64,000 bases of DNA, taken from the NCBI GenBank assembly GCA_035697515.1, contig DASSCS010000038.1:3400-67399 (forward strand), written 5' to 3'. The stretch's first letter is position 1. Each line of letters opens with the position of its first letter. The notes under the pieces are model-generated. The model was not told where the DNA came from. It was given only the letters and a program-made list of their open reading frames with translations, and made no database searches. Both the position numbers and the translations under genes were made by a program. Source of the stretch: Acidimicrobiales bacterium (GTDB lineage Bacteria; Actinomycetota; Acidimicrobiia; Acidimicrobiales; VFJN01). This document shows, one piece after another, positions 1 to 7,698 of this stretch.

Positions 1-96
1 GGCCTCGTGCCTGGCAAGGGAACCATCAACCCCGGACCGAGCTGGGACGATGCCGAATTCCTGCGCCCCATCGTCCAATCGCTCACCGACGCCTAG
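1..96 (+). CDS. 3' end of an unidentified CDS entering from the left edge (partial)
   Basis: Frame 1 is open from base 1 to TAG at 94-96 (GLVPGKGTINPGPSWDDAEFLRPIVQSLTDA) with mostly G/C-ending codons. Too short to assign a function. Confidence 0.35.
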   Translation, partial: GLVPGKGTINPGPSWDDAEFLRPIVQSLTDA

Positions 97-246
97 CCCC
101 ATTGGCGTCGCTTGAGGTGCGTCGCTGCTACCGGCGCCGCGACCATGACGGTCCCGCCCCCGGGCCCCACGAGCGCCGAGACGATCAACCGGCCACGACG
201 GCTCGCACGCCCGACCTCGCCAAGCCTGCCGCACCGGTCAGCGGCG

Positions 247-729
247 CTAGGCAGGGTCGGGTCGGCCCTCGGCCCACCGCTTCTTGACCTCGTCGGTGAT
301 CTCTGCCGGCTCGAGCGCCGGCTGGGTGATGCGGCCCTGGTTGCCGAACGGGTCGCGGAAGCCGCAGTCGACGCCGTAGGGCTGCTGGGTCGGCTCGTCG
401 GTGAACTCGACGCCTTTGGCCTTGAGCTCCTCGTAGGTCTTGCGGCAGTCGTCGGTGGTGAGGATGAGCGACAGGCCCAGAGCGCCCTTGGAGACCAGGT
501 CACGGATCTGGGCCGCGACCTCGTCTGTCATCAGCGGCGGTCCGGGCTTCTGCAGCAGGATGTGGTGATCGGGGTTCCCCGGCACGTTGACCGTGAGCCA
601 GCGCATGAAGCCGAGGTCTACGTCGGCGCTGACCTCGAGGCCGAGCTTGCCGACGTAGAAGTCGATGGCTTCGTCCTGGTCGAGCACGTAGATGCCGGAG
701 TGGCTGATGCTGTTGAACATGGCGGGCAC
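247..729 (-). CDS. VOC (glyoxalase/bleomycin-resistance/dioxygenase) family protein
   Basis: 160-aa ORF. N-terminus FNSISHSGIYVLDQDEAIDFYVGKLGLEV and C-terminus FRDPFGNQ are typical of the VOC fold. Start is GTG at 729 or ATG at 720. Lies directly after the AraC stop. Confidence 0.85.
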   Translation of the reverse strand: MPAMFNSISHSGIYVLDQDEAIDFYVGKLGLEVSADVDLGFMRWLTVNVPGNPDHHILLQKPGPPLMTDEVAAQIRDLVSKGALGLSLILTTDDCRKTYEELKAKGVEFTDEPTQQPYGVDCGFRDPFGNQGRITQPALEPAEITDEVKKRWAEGRPDPA

Positions 730-730
730 C

Positions 731-1174
731 CTAGGCAGGTGCTCGGACGGTGACTTCTCCGAAACTGCTCGGTCGGGCCCAGCTCATGGTGAAGCAGGTC
801 GGCACCGGGTACGGCGCCGTCGCCTGCCGGCGGAAGCCCGACGGTGACCGGCCCACGATGTCCCGGAAGGTTCTGCTGAACGTGCCGAGGCTCGAGAAGC
901 CGACCGCGAGACAGATGTCCGTCACGCTGCGGTCGGTGCTGCGGAGCAGCGCCATGGCTCGCTCCACCCGCCGGCGCTGCAGGTAGCGGTGGGGCGTCTC
1001 GCCGAAGGTGGCCCGGAAGGTGCGGATGAAATGAGCCTCGGAGACCAGCGCGATTCGTGCCAGGGCCGGGATGTCCAGCGGCCGGGCGTAGTCGCGGTCG
1101 ATGGCGTCGCGGGCCCGCAGCATCCAGCGGTTCCGCTCCTCGTTCGACCCGGCAGGGATCGCCGCAGCGGCCAT
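731..1174 (-). CDS. AraC family transcriptional regulator
   Basis: 147-aa ORF with the double HTH signature (IALVSEAHFIRTFRATFGETPHRYLQRRRVERAMALL ... ICLAVGFSSLGTFSRTFRDIVGRSP). Confidence 0.85.
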   Translation of the reverse strand: MAAAAIPAGSNEERNRWMLRARDAIDRDYARPLDIPALARIALVSEAHFIRTFRATFGETPHRYLQRRRVERAMALLRSTDRSVTDICLAVGFSSLGTFSRTFRDIVGRSPSGFRRQATAPYPVPTCFTMSWARPSSFGEVTVRAPA

Positions 1175-1459
1175 CGCCTCAGCCTAGGCAGCTCAACGGA
1201 CCGCACGCCCTGGAGTGCGGTGCCCCGCGGCTGGTGTCCCTCAGCCCCTTCGCCGCCCGCGGCGCGCCACGCGCCGCCGGTGCCGGCCGTCGGTGGATCG
1301 ATCGGGCCGCCGGCGCGGCGGGTCCTGCGTCCAGATCAACGCGAACATCAGCGGGTCCATGGTTGCCTCCTGCAGCTCGGGCTCTTCGTGGTGTCTCTGG
1401 CTGTCCCTCACCACGATCAGCCAGAGCGCCGCCGGAGTCCAACACCTGTTCGCCCCCCG

Positions 1460-1480
1460 TTGACGCATTCACGGTGTCAA
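1460..1480. promoter_or_regulatory. Candidate LysR-type (T-N11-A) binding box TTGAC-N11-GTCAA
   Basis: TTGACgcattcacggtGTCAA sits in the gap between the divergent AraC and LysR genes, about 70 nt upstream of the LysR GTG at 1548. It matches the generic LTTR T-N11-A dyad. Confidence 0.35.
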
Positions 1481-1547
1481 TCCTCCGGGCCTCTCCCGCC
1501 GGCGCTCACTAACGTGGCCCCGCCCGCCCGACCCGCTGGAGTGGCTC

Positions 1548-2531
1548 GTGCGCAACATCGACCCCCGGCTGTTCCGGAACTTCCTCGCCGTCGCCCAGGA
1601 GCTGCACTTCGGGCGGGCCGCAGCCCGCGTGTACGTCGCCCAGCAGGCGCTCAGTCGCGACATCGCCCGGCTCGAACGCGAGCTCGGGGTGCCGCTCTTC
1701 GTTCGATCGACCCGCCGGGTCGCGCTCACCGCGGAGGGGGAGCGGCTGGTGCCCCGGGCGGCCGAGTTCCTCGCCCTGCACGACCGGATCCTCGACGAGA
1801 TGCGCGGCAGCGACCAACCGCTCATGGTGGACGCCCTGCGCGACCGGTCGACTGCGTCCCGGGTGCTGTCGCTGGCTCGGGAGCTGGCGCCCGATCTGGA
1901 GATCGAAGGGCGCTTCCACGGCGGCTTCGGTGCCGCCTATCCCGAGTTGTTGGCGCACCGGCTCGACGTGATCTTCGGTCGGAGCACCGGCTTCGGCCTG
2001 CCCTTCCCCGACCACCTGACCCGCCGGCTCGTGCGCCTGGAGCCCGTCGGGCTACTCATGCCCGAAGACCACCCACTGTCAGCGCAGCCCACCATCCCGC
2101 TCACCGCCGTGGCCGGGCTCACCCTCGACACCAGCGCCGGCAACATCGCCGCCCCCGAGTGGGTCCAGCTCGCGACCGAGTTGGTGGTCGACCACGGCGC
2201 CATCCCCTCCCCCGAACACCACCCGGGCATGCCGGCAGTGGCCGCGGCCGGACCCGACGAGACCGCCTACCACCTCCGAGCCACGGGTTGGCCGATCGTG
2301 AGCCTGCTCGACGTGCCGGCGATCCCCGGAGCCGTGGTGCGGCCCTTCACCGATCCCATCCCCCTCTACCCATGGACGATGGTGCACCGCCGCAACCTGG
2401 AGCACCCGGCGCTCGCCGCCCTGGATCAGGCCATCGACCAGCTGTCCACCGCCGAGGGCTGGTGGGAGATGCCGGCGTCGGGCTGGCTGGCCTCCGCCGA
2501 CCGCGAGGTCCTGGCCGCGCTCCAACCGTGA
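1548..2531 (+). CDS. LysR family transcriptional regulator
   Basis: 327 aa. N-terminal HTH (LFRNFLAVAQELHFGRAAARVYVAQQALSRDIARLERELGVPLFVRSTRRVALTAEGERL) followed by a substrate-binding domain. Confidence 0.9.
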   Translation: MRNIDPRLFRNFLAVAQELHFGRAAARVYVAQQALSRDIARLERELGVPLFVRSTRRVALTAEGERLVPRAAEFLALHDRILDEMRGSDQPLMVDALRDRSTASRVLSLARELAPDLEIEGRFHGGFGAAYPELLAHRLDVIFGRSTGFGLPFPDHLTRRLVRLEPVGLLMPEDHPLSAQPTIPLTAVAGLTLDTSAGNIAAPEWVQLATELVVDHGAIPSPEHHPGMPAVAAAGPDETAYHLRATGWPIVSLLDVPAIPGAVVRPFTDPIPLYPWTMVHRRNLEHPALAALDQAIDQLSTAEGWWEMPASGWLASADREVLAALQP

Positions 2532-2538
2532 GGCACGT

Positions 2539-2736
2539 GTGTGCGCAGGAGCTGACCGGCACGAGGTCGACGGCGTGACACATCTGCTCGTGGTCACCGT
2601 CGGTGACGTCGATGCCCATCACGCTCGCGCTGCGGCGGCGGGCGCAGAGATCCTGGTCCCGCCAGCTGATCGGCCTTGGGGACGCGACTACGAGCTCCGA
2701 GACGGCGAGGGTTACGTGTTCTCGTTCTTCTCGTAG
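2539..2736 (+). pseudogene. C-terminal half of a VOC/glyoxalase domain (65 codons), probable remnant
   Basis: The ORF encodes only the second beta-alpha-beta-beta-beta module (THLLVVTVGDVDAHHARAAAAGAEILVPPADRPWGRDYELRDGEGYVFSFFS). It starts 8 nt after the LysR stop, so there is no room for the N-terminal half. Confidence 0.4.
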
Positions 2737-2802
2737 CCGCGCGCGGCCGCGTCGGGGGGATCATCTGCCGTTGAATCCTGTTCGCGAGCCGGAGGGTCGG
2801 TC

Positions 2803-3180
2803 ATGTCAACCTTCATCCACAACGTCACCTTCGACGCCAACGACCCGCGGCTGCTTGGTCGCTTCTGGTCTCGAGTGACCGGCTACGCCGTGGTCGACGA
2901 CCGTGACGAGTTCGTGAGGCTGCGTGCGCCCGACGCTCGAGGCGTTCGGCAGATCCTGTTCCTTCGGGTCGATGATCCCACGCCCGGCAAGAACCGGGTG
3001 CACGTGGACCTCGCCGCCCCGCAACCGCAGGACGAGATCGAACGCCTGGTCGGGCTCGGCGCCTCACTCGCCGACGAGCTCGTCGACGGCCGGCCCCGCT
3101 GGCGCGAAGGGAACGGCATCAGGTGGGTCGTTCTGCGCGACCCTGAGGGGAACGAGTTCTGCGTCGGGGCCGTCCCCTAG
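2803..3180 (+). CDS. VOC/glyoxalase-like domain protein
   Basis: 125 aa. FDANDPRLLGRFWSRVTGY ... VHVDLAA ... VVLRDPEGNEFCV is typical of the glyoxalase-like small-domain family. Confidence 0.8.
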   Translation: MSTFIHNVTFDANDPRLLGRFWSRVTGYAVVDDRDEFVRLRAPDARGVRQILFLRVDDPTPGKNRVHVDLAAPQPQDEIERLVGLGASLADELVDGRPRWREGNGIRWVVLRDPEGNEFCVGAVP

Positions 3181-3292
3181 GCACCGGTCGGATAGGCACG
3201 CGGGCTACTCGAGCGTGAAGGGTCAGCGAAGGGAGTCCGACGGTCCCTTGCAGGTGTGCCCGGTTCGGCGGGCGTCAGGATTCACACTTGAC

Positions 3293-3307
3293 TATCGAAG
3301 TTCGATA
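3293..3307. promoter_or_regulatory. Perfect 15-bp palindrome TATCGAAGTTCGATA, candidate PadR operator
   Basis: Located in the only AT-rich patch upstream of the PadR gene. It abuts a TTGACT hexamer (3288-3293) and ends 16 nt before the GTG at 3323. Confidence 0.4.
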
Positions 3308-3322
3308 TATCAGGCTTCGAGC

Positions 3323-3661
3323 GTGTCCCGGTCGAAGCCGCTCCCCGGAGCGTCGTTGCACGTGGTGCTCGCCCTCCTCGACGGCGAGCTCCACGGCTAC
3401 GCCCTCATGCGCCGCGTCGAGGAGCTCAGCGACGGTGCCGTCCGCATGGGCCCCGGCACGCTCTACGGCACGCTCAACCGCCTGCTCGACACCGGCCTGA
3501 TCGAGGAGACGACCGACCGGTCGCTCCGTGGCGACAACGAACGGCGTCGCTACTACCAGCTCACCCCGAACGGCCGGCTCGTCGCGGTCGACGAGCTCGC
3601 CCGGCTCCACGCCCTGGTCAACCGGACCGCCGGTCACCTGCCCGGCGGAGCACCGGCATGA
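3323..3661 (+). CDS. PadR family transcriptional regulator
   Basis: LHVVLALLDGELHGYALMRRVEELSDGAVRMGPGTLYGTLNRLLDTGLIEE ... RRYYQLTPNGR is the PadR winged-helix signature. The long ORF 2924..3661 is trimmed to the in-frame GTG at 3323. Confidence 0.85.
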   Translation: MSRSKPLPGASLHVVLALLDGELHGYALMRRVEELSDGAVRMGPGTLYGTLNRLLDTGLIEETTDRSLRGDNERRRYYQLTPNGRLVAVDELARLHALVNRTAGHLPGGAPA

Positions 3662-4251
3662 CCACGGCATCAGCCACCCTCCGCGCCTACCGGCTGCTCG
3701 TCCGCCTGTACCCGAAGAGGTTCCGCGACGAGTACGGCCCCGACCTCGTCGGGCTCGTCGCCGACCAGCTCCGCGACGAACCCACCTGGCGCGTGCTGGG
3801 CCGCAGCGCCGTCGATCTCGCTCTCACCGTGCCCACCCGACACCTGGAGGCCCACATGGACCGCGCACCGACCCCCCTCGTCCCCGCCCTGTTCGGTGCG
3901 CTTGCGCTCAGCGCGGTCATCGTCGGGGTGACCGTCGGTCATCCCATCGTTCTCCTCACCTGCATCGTCGTCGGGGTCACCGCCGGATGGCTCGGGCTGC
4001 TCGCCGCACATCGGGCTCGCCCCCTCGACCAGCCCCGTCAGGTGACCGCCCACTGGTGGAAGGTCCTGGCGTCCGGCGCCGGGTTGCTGGCCGCGCTGGT
4101 AGCGATCACCACCGCCACCGGTGAGCTCCCTGACGGTGGCTGGCTCATCGCCATGATCACCGGGCTCACCTCCCTCGTGCTCCTCGCGACCGGCGTCGTG
4201 CTCGGTATCGCCCACCTCGTCGCCCGACCTCGACGACGCGCCGCCGCCTAG
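3658..4251 (+). CDS. Membrane protein co-transcribed with PadR
   Basis: ATGA overlap with the PadR stop. 197 aa with about four hydrophobic helices (ALFGALALSAVIVGVTV, IVLLTCIVVGVTAGWLGLLAA, LASGAGLLAALVAITTA, ITGLTSLVLLATGVVLGIA). Confidence 0.7.
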   Translation: MTTASATLRAYRLLVRLYPKRFRDEYGPDLVGLVADQLRDEPTWRVLGRSAVDLALTVPTRHLEAHMDRAPTPLVPALFGALALSAVIVGVTVGHPIVLLTCIVVGVTAGWLGLLAAHRARPLDQPRQVTAHWWKVLASGAGLLAALVAITTATGELPDGGWLIAMITGLTSLVLLATGVVLGIAHLVARPRRRAAA

Positions 4252-4284
4252 GAGGGGAGTGCTGGGGGCGCGCCTGGCGACGGG

Positions 4285-4863
4285 TCAGTCCTCGGGCGCC
4301 ACGAACTGGAGCTCGAGCTCGACCGCGATCTTCTTGCCGAGGGCGAAGCGGTCCATGCCCAGCGGCATGTTGAAGTCGACGCCGAAGTCGTCGCGGTTCA
4401 CCGTGGTGGTGGCCGAGAAGCCGGCGCGGGTCGAGCCGTCGAGGGGGTACGTCTCGACGCCGTGGAACTCGACGTCGAGGGTGACCGGCCGGGTGATGCC
4501 GTTCAGGCTCAGCTCGCCGTCGAGCTGATACTCGCCCTCGCCCGCGGCACGGACCCCACCGGAGCGAAACGTCATCGCCGGGTGCTGCTCGGCGGAGAAG
4601 AAGTCGGTGCCGAGCAGGTGCGCGTCGCGGTCGGGCTGGCTGGTGTCGACCGACGACATCTCGATCGTCGCCTCGACCCGGGTGTCGGCCAGGGACCTGC
4701 CGACGGTGAGCGTGGCGTCATAGCGGTTGAACCGGCCGCGCACGTTGGACAGGCCGATGTGGCGGACCTTGAAGTGCACGCCCGAGTGGTCGGGGTCGAC
4801 GGCCCAGGTGCCGGCGGCCAGGGGAAGGTTGGCGGCAGTCGTGGTGGCGGACTCGGTGCTCAT
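4285..4863 (-). CDS. YceI family protein
   Basis: WAVDPDHSGVHFKVRHIGLSNVRGRF ... LNGITRPVTLDVEF is the YceI signature. Start trimmed to ATG 4863, which has GAGG upstream; the ORF is open to 4914. Confidence 0.85.
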   Translation of the reverse strand: MSTESATTTAANLPLAAGTWAVDPDHSGVHFKVRHIGLSNVRGRFNRYDATLTVGRSLADTRVEATIEMSSVDTSQPDRDAHLLGTDFFSAEQHPAMTFRSGGVRAAGEGEYQLDGELSLNGITRPVTLDVEFHGVETYPLDGSTRAGFSATTTVNRDDFGVDFNMPLGMDRFALGKKIAVELELQFVAPED

Positions 4864-5001
4864 GGATCTACCTCGCGATGTCGGGATGGATACGTGTGTC
4901 AGTACCGATGACACCCCGCGACGAGAAGATGTGACCGATGAGCGACACAGTCTCTGGCCCTGGCCGGACGACGTCCCGCTGCTCGACCCGGTCCGGGCCG
5001 C

Positions 5002-7653
5002 TCAGGTCCCGATCGCCTCGCGGCAACGGGCCGCGTCGAGCGTCTGCCCGGCTTCGTCGAACAGGCGGGCTGCGCGGGCGAGGAGCCGGTCGGTCTCGAC
5101 CCGGTCACCCTCCACGCGCGCCAGGCACGCCTTCGCCTCGGTGACGCTGCCCTCCCAGGCGGTGCCCTCCCAGAGAGACGCCGACATCTCGGCGACGGCC
5201 AGGTGGCGCCGCGCCTGGTCGAGGCGGCCACCCTCGGCGCACGCCACCGCCGACGGCACGGCCACCATCACCTCGCAGAACCGGCATGAGCCCGGCTCGT
5301 CGAGCGTCTCGCCCGCCTCGTCGACCACCGCCAGCGCGGACTCGGCGTCGGGCGCCGCCGAGATCAGCGTGCCGTAGGTGCGCTGCAGGATGTGGCGCGC
5401 GAGCGGCGACCAGCGGGCCAGCACCAGCGCCTCGCGGGCCGTTCGCTCGGCCTCGGCGCGGTCGCCCGCCGCCAGCTCGGCCTCGGCCAACCGCTGGAGC
5501 GAGTGGGCGGTCCCGGTCTCGGCGCCCAGCTCGCGGTGCAACGCCACGGCGTCGAGCAGGTCCCGCCGTGCGGCGTCGATCTCGCCCCCGAGCAGCTCGG
5601 CCTCGCCGGCGACGCACGCGGCGAAGGCCACGGCGCGACGGGCTCCCGCCCGCTCGGCGTTGGCTCTCAGTTCGTGCGCCAACATCACCACCTCGGTGTA
5701 CGGCGTGGGGCCGTACAGGAGGTACTCGGCGACGCAGATGTGACAGTCGAGGATCTTCGACGCCAGGGCCGGGCTCTCACGCGTCGCCCGCAACTCGCGC
5801 AGCAGCCGGTCGAACCACTCGCCCCGGTTGTGGGCGATCATGCCCTCGAGCGTGATGATGTCGAGCAGGACGTTGGGCGCGTCCGGGGCCAGGGCCATCC
5901 CGCGGGTGTTCTCGACGATCTGCTGCGCAGCGGCGATGTCGCCGGTGAAGTAGGCGTGCATGCCCAGGGCGACGAGGATCTCGCTGTCATCGGGCCCCCC
6001 GTCGGGGCTCAGCCCGTCGAGCGCCTCGGTCGCCGTCGCCAGGTCCCCCGAGACCATCGCCGCCCGCGCCAGGCGGGCGCGCAGGCCGGCGACCTGGTGA
6101 GGTGCCGCCAGCGACAGTGCCGTGCGGTAGGCGGGCACCGCACTCGGATCGCCCGACGCCACGAGGGCGTCGCCCCGCAGCCGGAGGAGCTCGAGGCGCT
6201 CGGCCCGGGGAGCGTGATCCACGAGGGCCGCGGTCCAGCGGAGCACCTCGAGGTGGAGCTGTGCTGCGGCGGCGCGGCGCGCCGCCTCGAGTCCCGGCGC
6301 GATGGCCGCCTCCGTCTCCCCGGCCGCCAGCAGATGGGTCGCCACACGGTCGGGCGGCGCGCCCAGGACCTCGAGCTCGCGGGCGGCCGAGCGATGGACC
6401 TCGGACCGCCGGTGCGGTGGCAACGACCCCGCGAGGCGCGCCGCGTCGTCGGGGTCGGCGAAGCGGAAGCCACCGTGCACCACCGGCACGATCACCCCGC
6501 TCGCGAGCGCCAGGTCGAGCAACCGGTCACCGCGGGCGGCGTCGACACCCGCGGTGGCCCGGAACTCCAGCAGGTCGAAGCTCGGACCGCCCGACGCGAC
6601 GCGTGCCAGCGCCTCACGGACCTCGGCGGGTGCGGCGTGCAGCCCCTCCGTGGCGCCGGCCGACGCCGGTGCGTCGAGCGTCAGCCGCTGGAAGTCGGGG
6701 CCGACCACGACACCCGGACGGTGCGCGCACAGCAGCGCCAGCGGGTGGCGGTGCGCCAGGCGGGCGACGTGGCGGACGAGGGCCAGCGTCTCGTCGTCGG
6801 CGAGCTCGAGGTCGTCGAGCGCGATCAGGGTCGGGCGCCGCGCCGCGGCCTGCACCACCAGCTCGCGGACGGCGACGAACAGGCGTTGGCGCGTCGTGGG
6901 GCCTTCGCCTGCCAGGCAGCGCTCGAGCTCGGCCCGAGCTCCGGGCGGCAGGTGGTCGAGCAGCTCCGCCTCGCGCTGGACCAGCTCGTCGACCGCGTCC
7001 AGCACGCACCCGAAGGTCCGCGCCCCGGTTCCCGCCGCGCTGCCGGTCCCGACCAGGCACCCGCGGGCGGCGGCGAGGTCGACCGCCTGGTCGATCAGCG
7101 CGGTCTTGCGCGAGGCGTGCGGGCCCTGGATGTCGAGCAGGTGGCCGTGACCGGCGCCGAGGGCGCGGACGAGCCCCGCCACGCGATCGTCGGCGGCGCG
7201 CCGGGCGTCGCCGGGCATGCCGGGGGCGCCGGTGGGGGTGAGGAAAGGCGCAAGTCCCTCGGCGGCCGGGCCGGCGACGCTCGGGTCCGTGGCCACTGCC
7301 TCCCCGATCGTCGCGTCCACGACCGGGGCCACGAAGCGGTAGCCGCGACCGTGGATCGTGCGGATGATGCGCTGATCGCGACCGGTGTCGCCGACGGCGC
7401 GCCGGGCCGACTTGATGCGGCTCGTCAGCGCTGACTCCGACACGAACCGGTCACCCCAGACCTCGTCGAGCAGCTCGTGCTTGGTCACCAGCCGGTCGCT
7501 GTTGCGCGCCAGGAAGGCGAGCACGTCCAGCACCTGTGGTTCGACCGCCACCACCTGTCCCGCCCGCCGGAGCTCGTGCCGCCCGACGTCCAGCTCACAA
7601 TCGGAGAACGCCACCCGCACGTCAGCATGATCGCACGCAGCCGCCGCTCGCAC
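5002..7653 (-). CDS. Large transcriptional regulator: OmpR/PhoB-type winged helix, then STAND/AAA ATPase-like domain, then TPR-like helical repeats
   Basis: The N-terminus ELDVGRHELRRAGQVVAVEPQVLDVLAFLARNSDRLVTKHELLDEVWG ... IRTIHGRGYRF is a trans_reg_C domain. It is followed by a P-loop-like GPHASRKT, a Walker B LIALDDLE and a long helical C-terminus. Alternative GTG starts at 7620 and 7614. Confidence 0.85.
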   Translation of the reverse strand: MRAAAACDHADVRVAFSDCELDVGRHELRRAGQVVAVEPQVLDVLAFLARNSDRLVTKHELLDEVWGDRFVSESALTSRIKSARRAVGDTGRDQRIIRTIHGRGYRFVAPVVDATIGEAVATDPSVAGPAAEGLAPFLTPTGAPGMPGDARRAADDRVAGLVRALGAGHGHLLDIQGPHASRKTALIDQAVDLAAARGCLVGTGSAAGTGARTFGCVLDAVDELVQREAELLDHLPPGARAELERCLAGEGPTTRQRLFVAVRELVVQAAARRPTLIALDDLELADDETLALVRHVARLAHRHPLALLCAHRPGVVVGPDFQRLTLDAPASAGATEGLHAAPAEVREALARVASGGPSFDLLEFRATAGVDAARGDRLLDLALASGVIVPVVHGGFRFADPDDAARLAGSLPPHRRSEVHRSAARELEVLGAPPDRVATHLLAAGETEAAIAPGLEAARRAAAAQLHLEVLRWTAALVDHAPRAERLELLRLRGDALVASGDPSAVPAYRTALSLAAPHQVAGLRARLARAAMVSGDLATATEALDGLSPDGGPDDSEILVALGMHAYFTGDIAAAQQIVENTRGMALAPDAPNVLLDIITLEGMIAHNRGEWFDRLLRELRATRESPALASKILDCHICVAEYLLYGPTPYTEVVMLAHELRANAERAGARRAVAFAACVAGEAELLGGEIDAARRDLLDAVALHRELGAETGTAHSLQRLAEAELAAGDRAEAERTAREALVLARWSPLARHILQRTYGTLISAAPDAESALAVVDEAGETLDEPGSCRFCEVMVAVPSAVACAEGGRLDQARRHLAVAEMSASLWEGTAWEGSVTEAKACLARVEGDRVETDRLLARAARLFDEAGQTLDAARCREAIGT

Positions 7654-7698
7654 CCCGTCCGACCTCGTGCGCAGCCTCGTTCGCGCGCGGCGGGCCGG

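Noticed and set aside
2736-2747. GC-only palindrome GCCGCGCGCGGC after the VOC fragment
   Set aside because: Short G/C-only palindromes are expected by chance at this base composition. It has no loop and no positional logic.
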